From the NCBI GenBank assembly GCA_950097015.1, contig CATNEN010000027.1:558001-622000 (forward strand): a stretch of DNA of 64,000 bases, read 5' to 3'. A program made the position numbers and the translations under genes. Under the pieces are notes generated by a model. That model was not told the origin of the DNA. It saw nothing but the letters and a program-made list of their open reading frames with translations, and did no database searches. The stretch is from Macrostomum hystrix (Eukaryota; Animalia; Platyhelminthes). Below, one piece after another: positions 39,201 to 52,105 of the stretch (its first letter is position 1; each line of letters begins with the position of its first letter).

Positions 39201-40965
39201 CATTGATCAACCACCATTATACAAATAAGGTTCATATACAGGAGCTCGCGTCCCGAACAAAGACTGCTTATACGAGCTGTAAATTCCTCTAGCTCCATTA
39301 GTAAACAAAGACTCCCCGCGAGCGTTTAGCAAACAGCTTTTTGGCAACTTTCATGAGAGTAACGAAAGACACTTTACTTCCAATAAGATCTTGCTCGTTG
39401 ATATTTTGCCCTTATTGAAAATTGGGCCCCTTCCACTCCCCAAGAACTGGTCCACTCTCCCACTCCCACTGCCTCCCTTCTCTGCCCACGCTTTCCCCCT
39501 AAGAGATTTTTCACTGGCCAACCAGAGCAGGCTCTGGCTACAGCGGGCTGCGGAGGTGGGGTGGGCTACCTGTCAGCGCTGGCGGGTCGGCCTTTAAAAA
39601 TGCCTCCAAGCCAATGCATTCCCTCTTTCCCCTGCTAAACAACGTCGCTGTCTCGTCTCACTCTACGCTTCTATGATAAATAGATCTAATTTACCATCTG
39701 TATAATAGTGTACTTTCCTCAGGTAAGTGTTAAGCTAATAAATATAATTTGTAATAGACGTGATTCCAAGAATCCGAGAATGTTTTCCTCCGCGTGGCTT
39801 TCTAGCGCAATCGGATTTGACGTCTTACCTGGCAATATTAGACAGTTGCATTTCATGTGATGGTCTCTCCGCTGTGACAGGCGGACAGAGAGTATCCCAC
39901 AGATCTAATACTGTCAGGTAATGATGTCTGACGGAGGAATGACCGCCGAATTTCAGTCTTATAGTACTAAAACTGTCAATAATAAACTGCTCACGAGACT
40001 CATCAAATAAAACAGTCAACTGTCAAAGTCTATCTAATCAAATAATTTTTCCTTTCTGATGTGTTCGTTGTGTCTTTTATTTTGCCTTTGGATCTATAGG
40101 CTTCCGCTTCGTGACTTCTGTCGTGCATCGCCTATGTCGCAATGGCTTTAGCCTTACTTGCAGTCGAGAATAGCATAGACTTGAAGCTCATGCAGGCTGA
40201 GAATAAAGGGACAAAAAAGCTTGGAGCGAGAATGGGAAGCTATTCTTCTTGCAGGATTGGGATTTGGGAAGTGGGACACGGGATTGTGCAAGCACCAGCT
40301 GCTGCCCCCCCACGCCTGCAACTCCCAGATCTCCCATTGTGTTTGGACAGCGGGGGGCTGCTGCTAAAGGCTTTTTGTTGGTAATGCAGGATTGAAGAGA
40401 ACTGGGAGTCGGCGGGAGTGCCGCGTTTCCAGGGGCAACGCGAGTTTGCGTCCCACGCCCCAAAATCCCAGGCTCCAAGCGTCTCTCCCACTGACTCTAT
40501 TTGGGGAGAATTTTTTGTCCTATTTTAAGCCTCCCAAACTCGTACACTGGGCCATAGAGCCATATAGATCCGGCCTCAAACTGCTTCGCAATCTCCACCC
40601 TGCTTAGGCGGAGTGAACTCAAGTATAGAAAATTGAGTCTCTCTACCCACCAAATCCTTCCCGCTAACCCCGCTTTCACCTCCCAGGAATGTGTCCACGG
40701 AGGTAGAATGTGAAACCGCTTTCAAAATAATTCTCTTCAACAGCTCTAACGCTTTCATACCTCAAAAAGCGGAACTTATTTAGGGGGATGAAAATGCAGC
40801 AGCGAAGACAAGAGAAAAAACTGCATGGTGCGGGACAGGGCTAAAGACACGCTTGCACTAAACAATAATGCAAATCAGCGGCTACTGGGCATTTGAAATT
40901 GTGGAAACACAAACCCACTTTTGGATTCACCGGTTTGGTCAAAAATTAACTATTGGGATATTGAT

Positions 40966-41778
40966 GCACCAGTTCCCACTCCTTCAGCTCCCATTCCTTC
41001 AGTTCCCACTCCTTCTGTTCCAATTCCTTCAGTTCCCACACCTTCAGTTCCCATTCCTTTAGTTCCCAAACCTTCAGTTCCCACTCCTTCAGCTCCCATT
41101 CCTTCAGTTCCCACTCCTTCAGTTCACATTCCTTCAGTTCCCACTCCTTCAGCTTCCATTCCTTCAGTTCCCACTCCTTCAGTTCACATTCATTCAGTTC
41201 CCACACCTTCAGTTCCCATTCCTTTAGTTCCCACACCTTCTGTTCCCATTCCTTCAGTTCCCACTCCTTCTGTTCCCATTCCTTCAGTTCCCACTCCTTC
41301 TGTTCCCATTCCTTTAGTTCCCACACCTTCAGTTCCCACTCCATCAGTTCCCACTCCATCAGTTCCCACTCCTTCAGTTCCCACTCCATCAGTTCCCACT
41401 CCATCAGTTCCCACTCCATCAGTTCCCACTCCTTCAGTTCCCACTCCATCAGTTCCCACTCCATCAGTTCCCACTCCTTCAGTTCCCATTCCTTCAGTTC
41501 CTACTCCTTCAGTTCCCACTCCTTCAGTTCCCACTCCTTCTGTTCCCATTCCTTCAGTTCCCACACCTTCTGTTCCCATTCCTTCAGTTCCCATTCCTTC
41601 AGTTCCCACTCCTTCTGTTCCCATTCCTTCAGTTCCCATTACTTCAGTTCCCACTCAACCAGTTCCTACTCCTTCAGCTCCCAAAAGTTCAGTTCCCACT
41701 CCATCAGCTCCCAAAAGTTCAGTTCCCACTCCATCAGCTCCCAAACCTTCAGTTATCAATCCATCAGTTCCCACTCCT
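40966..41778. repeat. 15-bp minisatellite (CCTTCAGTTCCCACT)n
   Basis: About 54 units; reads PSVPT in one frame. Confidence 0.95.
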
Positions 41779-42518
41779 TTTTTGCATCATAGTTCGCAGT
41801 TCAATTCCAACAAAGACACAAAATTTAGCAAGACCCAACTTGACAGTCAATTAAGTTTGAAAAAGAACGAATTGCAGAGTGAAAGAGGCAAGTTGAATGG
41901 GTCGCTATTATCAGTCTATACTACGAGCGTATTATATGCGGAATTCGCATTAGTAAGAATAGCATTATAACTGTTCCTGACCCAACCAACACTCGCAGAC
42001 CCACTGACTGGCGTTATCAGTCTTGCTTGTGCTCTTTTGCGATCAACCAACCCCCCACACCTTCACCGAGCACAGACTGTTCTCAACGCACGCGCCAGCA
42101 GGCGTTGATACTGGCGGAGGCCTGCAAAATAGAAATGGAACTCAACTCACAACTTAAAAAAAACTGCTCCAAGAGACTGCCGAGTGAGTCAGGTCTCTAA
42201 TCGTAATTTTTTCTGTGAGTAGTGACCAAATTACGAGCTGATTCTTGTGTAAGCCAAAAATGTGCTTTATCTTAGTTGGACTGAATTGAGTTAAGACAGA
42301 TTTTGTTGCAGTCGGGCCTCACTCAAACTTGCCACACATCCGGGTCGCACTAAAGCAAAATCATTGCACTGCGACTCTGCTACAACATTTTACGTTTTTT
42401 GTATTGTAGCAATTGGTTAAAAAAATCTCATTTAGATTTTAAACTTTATTAGCACACCTTTGATAGTCAAGCATCAGCTCAGTCAAACTCAAATAATTTT
42501 GTGACTACGAGCGCGTAT

Positions 42519-43678
42519 TGTCACTGTCACTGTCACTGTCACTGTTACTGTCACTGGTACTGTCACTGTTACTGTCACTGTCACTATCACTGTCACTGTT
42601 ACTGTCACTGTCACTGTTACTGTCACTGTTACTGTCACTGTCACTGTCACTGATACTGTCACTGTCACTGTCACTGTCACTGTTACTGTTACTGTCACTG
42701 ATACTGTCACTGTCACTGTTACTGTCACTGTCACTGTCACTGTTACTGTCACTGATACTGTCACTGTCACTGTTACTGTCACTGTCACTGTCACTGTTAC
42801 TGTCACTGATACTGTCACTGTCACTGTTACTGTCACTGATACTGTCACTGTCACTGTCACTCCCGATAATATCCTAATCTTTATTCCCCCATCCAAATTA
42901 TTATTCCCCATTAGAATATCCAAATCCAACTTCTCAAATACTTAATCCTCATTCTTTGTCACTGTCACTGTTAGTGTCACTGATACTGTCACTGTTAGTG
43001 TCACTGATACTGTCACTGTTACTGTGACTGATACTGTCACTGTTACTGATACTGTCACTGTTACTGTCACTGATACTATCACTGATATTGTCACTGTTAC
43101 TGTCACTGATATACTGTCACTGATATTGTCACTGTTACTGATACTGTCACTGTCACTGATACTGTCACTGTTACTGTCACTGATATTGTCACTGTTACTG
43201 TCACTGATATTGTCACTGATACTGTCACTGTTAGTGTCACTGATACTGTCACTGTTACTGTCACTGATATACTGTCACTGATATTGTCACTGTTGCTGTC
43301 ACTGATATACTGTCACTGGTACTGTCACTGTTACTGTCACTGTTACTGTCACTGATACTGTCACTGGTACTGTCACTGATACTGTCACTGTTACTGTCAC
43401 TGATACTGTCACTGTTACTGTCACTGATACTGTCACTGGTACTGTCACTGATACTGTCACTGTTACTGTCACTGATACTGTCACTGGTACTGTCACAGAT
43501 ACTGTCTCTGTTACTGTCACTTTTACTGTCTCTGTCACTGTCACTGTTACTGTCACTGTCAGTGATATACTTTCACTGATACTGTCACTGATATACTTTC
43601 ACTGATACTGTCACTGATATACTTTCACTGATACTGTCACTGATATACTTTCACTGATACTGTCACTGATATACTTTC
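42519..43678. repeat. Hexamer satellite (ACTGTC/ACTGTT/ACTGAT)n, interrupted at 42860-42957
   Basis: Direct inspection. Confidence 0.95.
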
Positions 43679-45478
43679 GCCCCAATCTTCGATACTGCAG
43701 CAGCGTGCAGCAGTAGTATCACAAACACTAGTGCAAAGACCAATTAAATCAGACCACAACAGATACGTGGCCCTGAAGCATAATTTATTGATGCGATCTG
43801 TGTTAAATCACGCATGCTACAACTGCCTGTGTGTATCTATAGCGAGACTGTCTAGCACAATGGAATTTATTAATATTTAATCAATAGCTCCCTGCCTGCG
43901 CCGCGTGAATGGAAGTTGGCGCACAATATCCGGAGAAGAGTAGAGCCGGAGGGACAATGAGGCCATGAGGATGAGGATCTATTATGTCTCCCCTGTGCTT
44001 AACACTGCTAAAATTCACACACAAATGCCCTCCCCACAGCGGCTGCTGCAGAGGCCGGTGTGTGATCGGTGGTAGCTGTTGGGCGCCCTTGCGGGGTGAT
44101 TCCGATTCTGCGGCCCTGTCAATCAACCGCAATTGAGAAGCTCCATCTCATCCCAGCTCAGCTACGGAGTTTTTTCTCTCCCAAAGCCGATCCTTTTCCT
44201 TCTCTGTTGCAGGCGGATTCTTTGCTATAAAAGAATGCCATTCTTTGCTGGTAGTTCTTCTTCAAAGGTCCATTGTGCATACATTATCCAAGCTGTTGGG
44301 TTGGCAACTGGGAGTTTTACTTGGCGTGAAGCCATGGGCTCCCGGAGGCGAAAAGTGCTACGTGAGGGGAGGTTGGGGAAACGATTTCGAGCCAAAAAAA
44401 ACCAAAAAGGGAAAGAAAGGACTCGAAGGATTGGTAGGGGACGAGAGATTTCGGAAGGGGAAAGATTCCATTTTCTGCATTCCTCAGCGCCGCGGTCTCC
44501 CACCCAGCACCACCCCCTCTAGATGTTCCCGCCTACCCTGTCTGAGCCCATCAGCTCAAGGCTTGAGGACTCACTGGCGTACTTTAGTTGCTGTCTTCTT
44601 TGTTTATTCCACACCTCCATAGACCTACAGGCATCTCGGATACAAGACGGTTTTTATTGATTTTATCAAGCTGCAATCGGCTGCCTATAGCGAGTATTTA
44701 ATCATGAATCGCGGGTATCATACTTAATGCATCATGTGTCAATGTATATCAATTATGCTACTTGTCAGTAGAATGTATCGATAGTTGTTATTTGAAAAAT
44801 AAGTTTTCTCATCCGAAAGCGGAACAATTCGTCTGTTAAGAATAGAGTAAAATGTATTTTGAGAACTTCTTCTTGAGAAGAACAAGACCTCTGCAAACCC
44901 GGCATCGCCCCATGGAAAGGGGGGCAGACACGGACATTGTCCAGTTCTGTCTGGAAGCCGGCCGAAGGAACCACCTGCCAGCCGCCCGGAACGAGGAGAC
45001 GCAGTTCTGGACAACTGAGCGATCTGCTGACCAGTGCTGGAGTATGCCGCCCACAGGGGATCGACGAGCTGACCGATCCGGAGAGGATCCGAGAGCTCCT
45101 TGCCTTCATTCGGCACAACGATGGGATGAAGATCGCCAACGCTGACCCAGCGACCCAGCGCCACACAATCACGCGGCAACCTCCTCCTCGGCGTCCTCTG
45201 AAGCTGATGGTGTTATACAGACGTCACCAAGACGACCGCTGGATCGAGGCAAGTGGGCTGGATACACAGCGCGACGCGGAGGCTATCCAGAAACAGCTTC
45301 GCGGAAACCACTCCCGGGTGGTCGCGCAAGCTCTGGAGGCGCAACACCGAACAGGGTGATGCCGACCGCCTCAACATCCACGGAAGTCGCGAAGTCGCTG
45401 AAGGCTCTGCTCTCGCTTTTGTCCGCTTCTGAACGACTTCCAGCACCGCCTGAACTCAGACGCCGAAGACCGCAGTAT

Positions 45479-45536
45479 GAGCAGCAGCAGCAGGAGCAGC
45501 AGCGGCAGTAGCAGCAGCAGCAGTAGCAGCAGTAGC

Positions 45537-45592
<56 letters not shown>

Positions 45593-45769
45593 TAGCAGCA
45601 GCAGGAGCAGCAGCAGCAGCAGCAGCAGGAGCAGCAGCGGCAGTAGCAGCAGCAGCAGTAGCAGCAGTAGCAGCAGCAGCAGTAGCAGCAGCAGCAGTAG
45701 TAGCAGCAGCAGCAGCAGCAGCAGTAGCAGCAGCAGGAGCAGCAGCAGCAGCAGCAGCAGTAGCAGCAA

Positions 45770-45811
<42 letters not shown>

Positions 45812-45859
45812 CAGCAGCAGGAGCAGCAGCAGCAGCAGCAGCAGCAGTAGCAGCAGTAG
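45479..45859. repeat. (CAG/TAG)n triplet array, ~127 triplets
   Basis: CAG with interspersed TAG, GAG and CGG; internal duplication; abuts the RNase H fragment. Confidence 0.97.
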
Positions 45860-46727
45860 GCGCTGAACTTCCTTGCCGATCTCCAACCGACGGACATCGA
45901 CGTCTGGACCGACGGCTCCGTCAGGGACGGCACCTCGGATGCCTGGGGCGCCGCCGTTATCAACACCCGCAGGTGGGGCACCATTATTGCCGCCCCTGCC
46001 GGCCGGGTTGCTTGCTCCTTCCAGGCGGAGATATGCGCGATACGGGCGGCCCTCGATTACATCAGACAGCTGACGCCGGACCACGGGACGTCGATCCGCA
46101 TCCATAGCGACTCGCTGACGGCGCTGGCAGCCCTTGAGCACGGCCCCTGCGAGCAGCGCTCGGCTGATGGCAGCCTTTGCTGGGCAACGCTGAGCGCCAT
46201 TCAACACAGCTGCGAGTTTGTTTGGGTCCCGGCGCACTGCGACATCCCGGGAAATGAGATGGCCGACCGCTACACTAATCGCGCCCGCCTGGAACGACAG
46301 CAGGACAGGCCCATCTCTTTCCAAGCTGCTAAGGCGGCCCTTCGCCGGGCGAGAGCCGCCCTTGACCTCGAGGTGCTGGGGCCGTGCTGGCGCTCCACCC
46401 CTAAACACCTCAGCCGCACCGAGACGGTCGCCATCAACCAGCTCAGGGCGGGATGCTCTATGCTGGCCAATTCCACCCGCCATCGTCTCGGCCTCACTGA
46501 CGACCCGCTCTGCCGCGACTGTGGCAATCTCGATACTGAAGAGCACATTCTCTTCGAGTGCCCGCGCGGCGACGGTACCCGTGTTCGCTACGACAACTGG
46601 GACGAGGCCCTGCATTTACACCCTGAACAAGTCCTCGCCCTCCTGCGCAGACTGGGGCGCCTCTGAGCGCTCCTCCTCCTCGCTGCCTGTAGCAGCTTTG
46701 GGGACGGTGGATTCAGAAGAAGAAGAA
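45860..46727 (+). mobile_element. 5'-truncated non-LTR retrotransposon 3' end: RNase H + CCHC zinc knuckle + short 3'UTR
   Basis: Stop-free frame 45860-46666 with no start codon: VWTDGS, QAEICAI, IHSDS, FVWVPAHCDIPGNEMAD (RNase HI D/E/D/D present), then CRDCGNLDTEEHILFEC. This layout matches I/Loa/ingi-type LINE ORF2 ends. Followed by a (GAA)n(CAG)n tail. Confidence 0.9.
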
Positions 46728-46835
46728 GAAGAAGAAGCAGCAGCAGCAGCAGTAGCAGCAGTAGCAGCAGTAGCAGCAGCAGCAGCAGCAACATCAGAAG
46801 CAGCAGCAGCAGCATAAGCAGCAGTAGCAGCAGTG
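46728..46835. repeat. (GAA)n-(CAG/TAG)n tail of the LINE fragment
   Basis: Immediately follows the ~60-bp 3'UTR. Confidence 0.9.
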
Positions 46836-46854
46836 GCCACAGTTACAGTAAGAC

Positions 46855-47060
46855 GATAAGAAAGTCAGGACAGATGTACACACCCTGTGTGCGTGTGTGC
46901 TCAGGAGTCAGCGGAATGGGCAGAATTAACTTCTTCGCTGGCTGCGGGTCTAGTGTCGTCAAGCGATGTCCCGTCACCCGAAGCCCTCCTACAATTATTA
47001 TTAGTAATAGTAGCAGCAACAGAGGTAGCAGCATTAGCTGCAATAGCAGCAGCTGCACGT
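46855..47060 (+). mobile_element. SINE family B, 5'-truncated copy with ATT/AGC tail
   Basis: AGAAAGTCAGGACAGATGTACAC..GTGCGTGTGTGCTCAGGAGTCAGCGGAATGGGCAGAATT..CGCTGGCTGCGGGTCTAGTGTC matches the reverse complement of 11078-11215. Confidence 0.7.
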
Positions 47061-47868
47061 TTTATAATAACAGCTAGTGCATTTCCAGTATATCAGGCCA
47101 TACGAATGCACTACTGTATACGAGTAAATTATGCCTTTGTCTATTTCTGAACGGATACAAACACACATACGCACACACAAGGCCCTGGTCCATTGAAAAT
47201 TACAAACTCCAAATTATGTAGTGAAGTGAGGCTATTTCATACAAATCCTGATAGTCAGTGGGACCGTGGGCGGATCCGTTTCAAGTAAATGAAGGTCCGC
47301 CACTGCTTTGCTCAGTGCAGAGCTATTTCAGCCAACTTTCCACCGCAGTCCTTCACCTCGCGATATCGATTCCAGTCTGCTGAATAGGCAGATCCCGTTG
47401 GCAAGGAATGACCTACACAGCGACGCCTTAGATAGCGCGAACGAAAGAAAACTAAGTCGCGAACCGAGAGACAATATCCACGCATTGCACACGAAAAGCA
47501 TATTATGAGCATAATGCGAGAATAGAATGCAGAAGCTGCTACCGTTTGGGCAGCATAACTTGAGTCCCTAATTCTCGCCGCCCAGTCAACCACCCCCTCC
47601 CCCCCTGCTAACCAGCTGCTGAAAATTGTTTAGCTTCTCGACTCCGAGATCTGGCGAAATCGATTAAACTCTCCAAGCGATTCGTCCTTCTCTCTTTCTC
47701 TCTCTCTCTCCGTAAGCAAGCGGCTGCAGATACACCCACTCCGTATATCTGTGAATAGATATACGGCTACTGTCGCCTCGTTCTGTGCCAGCAATTGTGT
47801 GAGCCCCAGCCTATAGTCCTAGCCTAGCAACTACACAGCTTTTACAAGGTAGCAACCGGAACTTAGCA

Positions 47869-49849
47869 ATGTCTGAGGAAGCTGGTGAGTCTTCTTCTAG
47901 CTCGTATTTAACAATTTTAAAAGAAAACATGTTCATTCTAAAATATTCGACAAAGATTTTCCAAATTGTTTTCAGCTCCCGCCCCCACTGAGGTACAGAC
48001 CAACCTCCCGATCTTGAATTCTAGCAGTTTTGTTCCGTTTTTTTCATCTACAAATGGCTTTCGGCTTTCTTATTTTCGTGACCGCAGATTTTCTAGTGCT
48101 TTTTGAACTTTTTTGAAAATCAGAGACTTCTCTACGTACTACAGAAATCTGCAGTACATTGGCAATGCAATCCAAATATAGCCAGTTCGTTGCTTCAAAA
48201 AGAATAAAACCCGATCGCAAATAGATTTCCTCCAGTTTCTCGGTGATAAGTATCCAGCTATCAATTTGTCAACCTCGATTTACATAATTAATATTGCATA
48301 GAAAATAAATTTCATAACTTCCCATCCTCCCCACTCAAATAGGCTCCGGTTCCTGAGGAGAAGCCAGCAGAGACAACCGCTGCCGAGGTAAGTAGCTTTC
48401 GAAATTTTATTTCTATACTGCTATTGTGGAGAATTTTTATCTAAAAACCCTCGTCCTATCGTAAGGGCTGGAGAAAAAAGAAACTTTTTGTTGACTGGTG
48501 CTTTTAAAGGAGCGGAGGATGAGAGGAAAGGGCGGATTTAAAAGGAGCGGATTTATTGGGAGAATATTTAAAAAGGGGCGGATCTAAAAAGGGCGGATTG
48601 AAAGGAGCGGAGGATTTGAGGAAAGGGGGAGATTTAAAGGGGCGGATTTAAAAGGGGCGGAAGTTTAGAGTAATGGGGCGGATTTAAAAGGGGGGAGTTT
48701 AAAAGGAGTGGATTAAATGGGAGCTGATTTAAAAAAGGCGGATTTAAAAAAGGCGGATTTTTAAAAAGGCGGATTTAAAAAGGCGGATTTAAAAGGGCGG
48801 ATTTAAAATGGCGGATTCAAAACGGCGGATTTAAAAGGGCGGATTTAAAAAGGCGGATTTAAAAAGGCGGATTTAAAAGGGCGGATTTTAAAAAAGGTGG
48901 ATTTAAAAAGGCGGATTTAAAAAATGACGGGATTTAAAAAGGCGGATTTAAAAAGGCGGATTTAAAAAATGACGGGATTTAAAAAGGGCGGATTTAAAGA
49001 AGGCGGATTTTAAAAAAGGCGGATTTAAAAGGGCGGATTTAAAAAATGACGGGATTTAAAAAAGGCGGATTTAAAAAAGGGCGGATTGAAAAGGAGCAGA
49101 GGATTTGAGGAAAAGCGCGGATTTAAAGGGGCGCATTTTAAAAGGGGCGGATTAAAAAAGGGATGGAAGTTTAGAGGCAAGAGGCTTATTTTAGCGGGGC
49201 TATTGTTTTTAAGAAAGTGGCGGATTTAGGATGGACGAAAGTTTGGTATTGAGAATTATTTCATTTTCCTGTCTAAAAAGGTGCTTTAGTAATTTTAACA
49301 AAGTGACAATCGCCTATAATTAGTTGCTGTTGAATGAAAATCTGCGCTTCTCTCGAGTTCAGGAGTCCCCAAAGCCAGACAGTGCAGCCGCACCCAGCGA
49401 TCAGGTGAGAACAATTTAGGAATCGCAGCAGTGATGTTTTTTTAACTCAGTTTATGCTTTGCACTGGCTAATTCGATCGATAGAGCTAAAATTACATCTC
49501 ACATGGTTTCTGGACGTGCAGGTCGCATTATATATAACTTATATTAATTTTCCACGGCAAAAACTAGGATTCGCACAAAAAGTTTGCACAGGCACAAATC
49601 TAATAACCATTAACTTTACATTCTACTCATCAGTAGAGTGTCGCAGATATTATCATTTCTAAGTAATTTGGTTACAAAACATCTTAAAAGTTACAAATTT
49701 GGCAAACAAAGTACAATTTATGTGACACTGATCTCGGTGCACAGGGCGAGAAGAAGGAAGGCGAGACGGCGGCGAACGGCAAGGAGGGCGACGTCAATAA
49801 GAATGTGAAAGACCAGCAGCCCGGCAACGTGTGCTGCACAATCATCTGA
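47869..49849 (+). CDS. Novel 74-aa acidic Ala/Glu/Pro-rich protein with C-terminal CCaaX lipidation motif, 5 small exons
   Basis: Exons 47869-47884 (|GTGAGT), 47976-47992 (TTTTCAG| ... |GTACAG), 48343-48387 (|GTAAGT), 49363-49404 (|GTGAGA), 49745-49849 (TGA). They join in frame to MSEEAAPAPTEAPVPEEKPAETTAAEESPKPDSAAAPSDQGEKKEGETAANGKEGDVNKNVKDQQPGNVCCTII. The exons are GC-rich islands in AT-rich DNA. Confidence 0.85.
48500..49190. repeat. 14-16-bp minisatellite (GGCGGATTTAAAAA)n in intron 3 of the 74-aa gene
   Basis: Variable A-run length. Confidence 0.92.
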
Positions 49850-50481
49850 TGGCCGCTAATCCGTTTCAAATTTTGAATTAGCGCCCAAAAATTAATCAGA
49901 ATAACAAAGCTAACCGACACACTTATTTATGTCTGAACCTCAATCCTGCTAATCTTAGTAACTCCACGGCCATTCTGAGTAAATTGAATGATCACTTGGT
50001 TCGGGCAGAATTTTGTGATTAAATCATTCACATTAACAAACCTTCAGGAAAAATCTGAATTTTATTCAAGGACAATAGGAAGAGAGTAATTGAAAAAACA
50101 ATCAAGAGTTAATTCAACCTTTTGAAAGTTCTTTTCTGCGCTGACTAAAAAAGTGGGTCGAAACAATTTTTGTGAAAATAGACATTTATTATTTAGCTTT
50201 CGCCCAAAGTAAAAAATTTTTGTTTAATCACCGTACGGTAGTTGTGGTGACAGGTCTCGAAAGTTTAATGTGCGCTAAACGCAAAGTCTTATTAATTGTT
50301 TAAAAACTGCATAAAGTGTTTATTTCGTGTTTATTTTTGTGTCCGAAAAAATCAAGGGAACGATAGAAAATCAAATATTTTTCTCTACGGGTCTCGATCT
50401 CGAGCGGGTGAATAAAAATAAAGTTGATCAATGCAGATAAATATGTTGTCAATGCTTGCGCTTTTACCGTTTTGCAGATTT

Positions 50482-52095
50482 CTTGTGGGTCAAGCAGTCA
50501 GTCAGTGTGGGTCAAGCAGTGAGTCAGTGTGGGTCAAGCAGTGAGTCAGTGTGGGTCAAGCATTCAGTCAGTGGGGGTCAAGCAGTCAGTCAGTGGGGGT
50601 CAAGCATTCAGTCAGTCAGTGGGGGTTAAGCAGTCAGTCAGTGAGGGTCAAGCAGTCAGTCAGTGTGGGTCAAGCAGTCAGTCTGTGAGGGTCAAGCAGT
50701 CAGTCAGTGTGGGTCAAGCAGTCAGTCAGTGGGGGTCAAGCAGTCAGTCAGTGGGGGTCAAGCAGTCAGTCAGTGAGGGTCAAGCAGTCAGTCAGTCAGT
50801 GGGGGTCAAGCAGTCAGTCAGTGTGGGTCAAGCAGTCAGTCAGTGAGGGTCAAGCAGTCAGTCAGTCAGTGTGGGTCAAGCAGTGAGTCAGTGTGGGTCA
50901 AGCAGTCAGTCAGTGAGGGTCAAGCAGTCAGTCTGTCAGTGGGGGTCAAGCAGTCAGTCAGTGGGGGTCAAGCAGTCAGTCAGTGTGGGTCAAGCAGTTA
51001 GTCAGTGTGGGTCAAGCAGTTAGTCAGTGTGGGTCAAGCAGTCAGTCAGTGGGGTCAAGCAGCCAGTCACTGTGGGTCAAGCAGTCAGTCAGTGAGGGAC
51101 AAGCAGTCAATAACTGTGGGTCAAGCAGTCAGTCAGTATGGGTCAAGCAGTCAGTCTGTGAGGGTCAAGCAGTCAATAACTGTGGGTCAAGCAGTCAGTA
51201 ACTGTGGGTCAAGCAGTCAGTCAGTGTGGGTCAAGCAGGTAGTCAGTGTGGGTCAAGCAGTCAGTCAGTGGGGTCGAGCAGCCAGTCACTGTGGGTCAAG
51301 CAGTCAGTCAGTGAGGGACAAGCAGTCAATAACTGTGGGTCAAGCAGTCAGTCAGTATGGGTCTAGCAGTCAGTCAGTGAGGGTCAAGCAGTCAATAACT
51401 GTGGGTCAAGCAGTCAGTAACTGTGGGTCAGGGAGGCAGTCAGTGTGGGTCAAGCAGTCAGTCAGTGTGGGTCAAGCAGTCAGTCAGTCAGTGGGGGTCA
51501 AGCAGTCAGTCAGTGAGGGTCAAGCAGTCAGTCAGTGGGGGTCAAGCGGTCAGTCAGTGTGGGTCAAGCAGTCAGTCAGTATGGGTCAAGCAGTCAGTCA
51601 GTGAGGGTCAAGCAGTCAATAACTGTGGGTCAATCAGTCAGTAACTGTGGGTCAGGGAGGCAGTCAGTGTGGGTCAAGCAGCCAGTCAGTGTGGGTCAAG
51701 CAGTCAGTCAGTGTGGGTCAAGCAGCCAGTCAGTGTGGGTCAAGCAGCCAGTCAGTGTGGGTCAAGCAGCCAGTCAGTGTGGGTCAAGCAGCCAGTCAGT
51801 GTGGGTCCAGCAGTCAGTCAGTGTGGGTCAAGCAGCCAGTCAGTGTGGGTCAAGCAGTCAGTCAGTGTGGGTCAAGCAGCCAGTCAGTGTGGGTCAAGCA
51901 GCCAGTCAGTGTGGGTCAAGCAGTCAGTCAGTGTGGGTCAAGCAGCCAGTCAGTGTGGGTCAAGCAGCCAGTCAGTGTGGGTCAAGCAGCCAGTCAGTGT
52001 GGGTCAAGCAGCCAGTCAGTGTGGGTCCAGCAGTCAGTGTGGGTCAAGCAGTCAGTGTGGGTCAAGCAGCCAGTCAGTGTGGGTCCAGCAGTTAC
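50482..52095. repeat. 22-bp minisatellite (GTGGGTCAAGCAGTCAGTCAGT)n
   Basis: Ends about 11 bp from the stop codon of the minus-strand 52106-52513 gene. Confidence 0.95.
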
Positions 52096-52105
52096 TCAGT
52101 GCGAG

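Noticed and set aside
40921-41970. 349-aa PSVPT-repeat ORF as a mucin/extensin-like gene
   Set aside because: Starts at TTG with no signal peptide. By my rough tally about 5 of 13 variant types are synonymous, close to the random expectation of one third, so there is no evidence of coding selection. Cannot be fully excluded without RNA data.
44937-45359. 140-codon ORF upstream of the CAG array
   Set aside because: No recognisable domain and a TTG start; kept only as part of the retroelement-stack finding.
45283-46615. Poly-Cys, poly-Leu and poly-Ser ORFs
   Set aside because: Alternative frames of the CAG/TAG array and antisense of the RNase H fragment.
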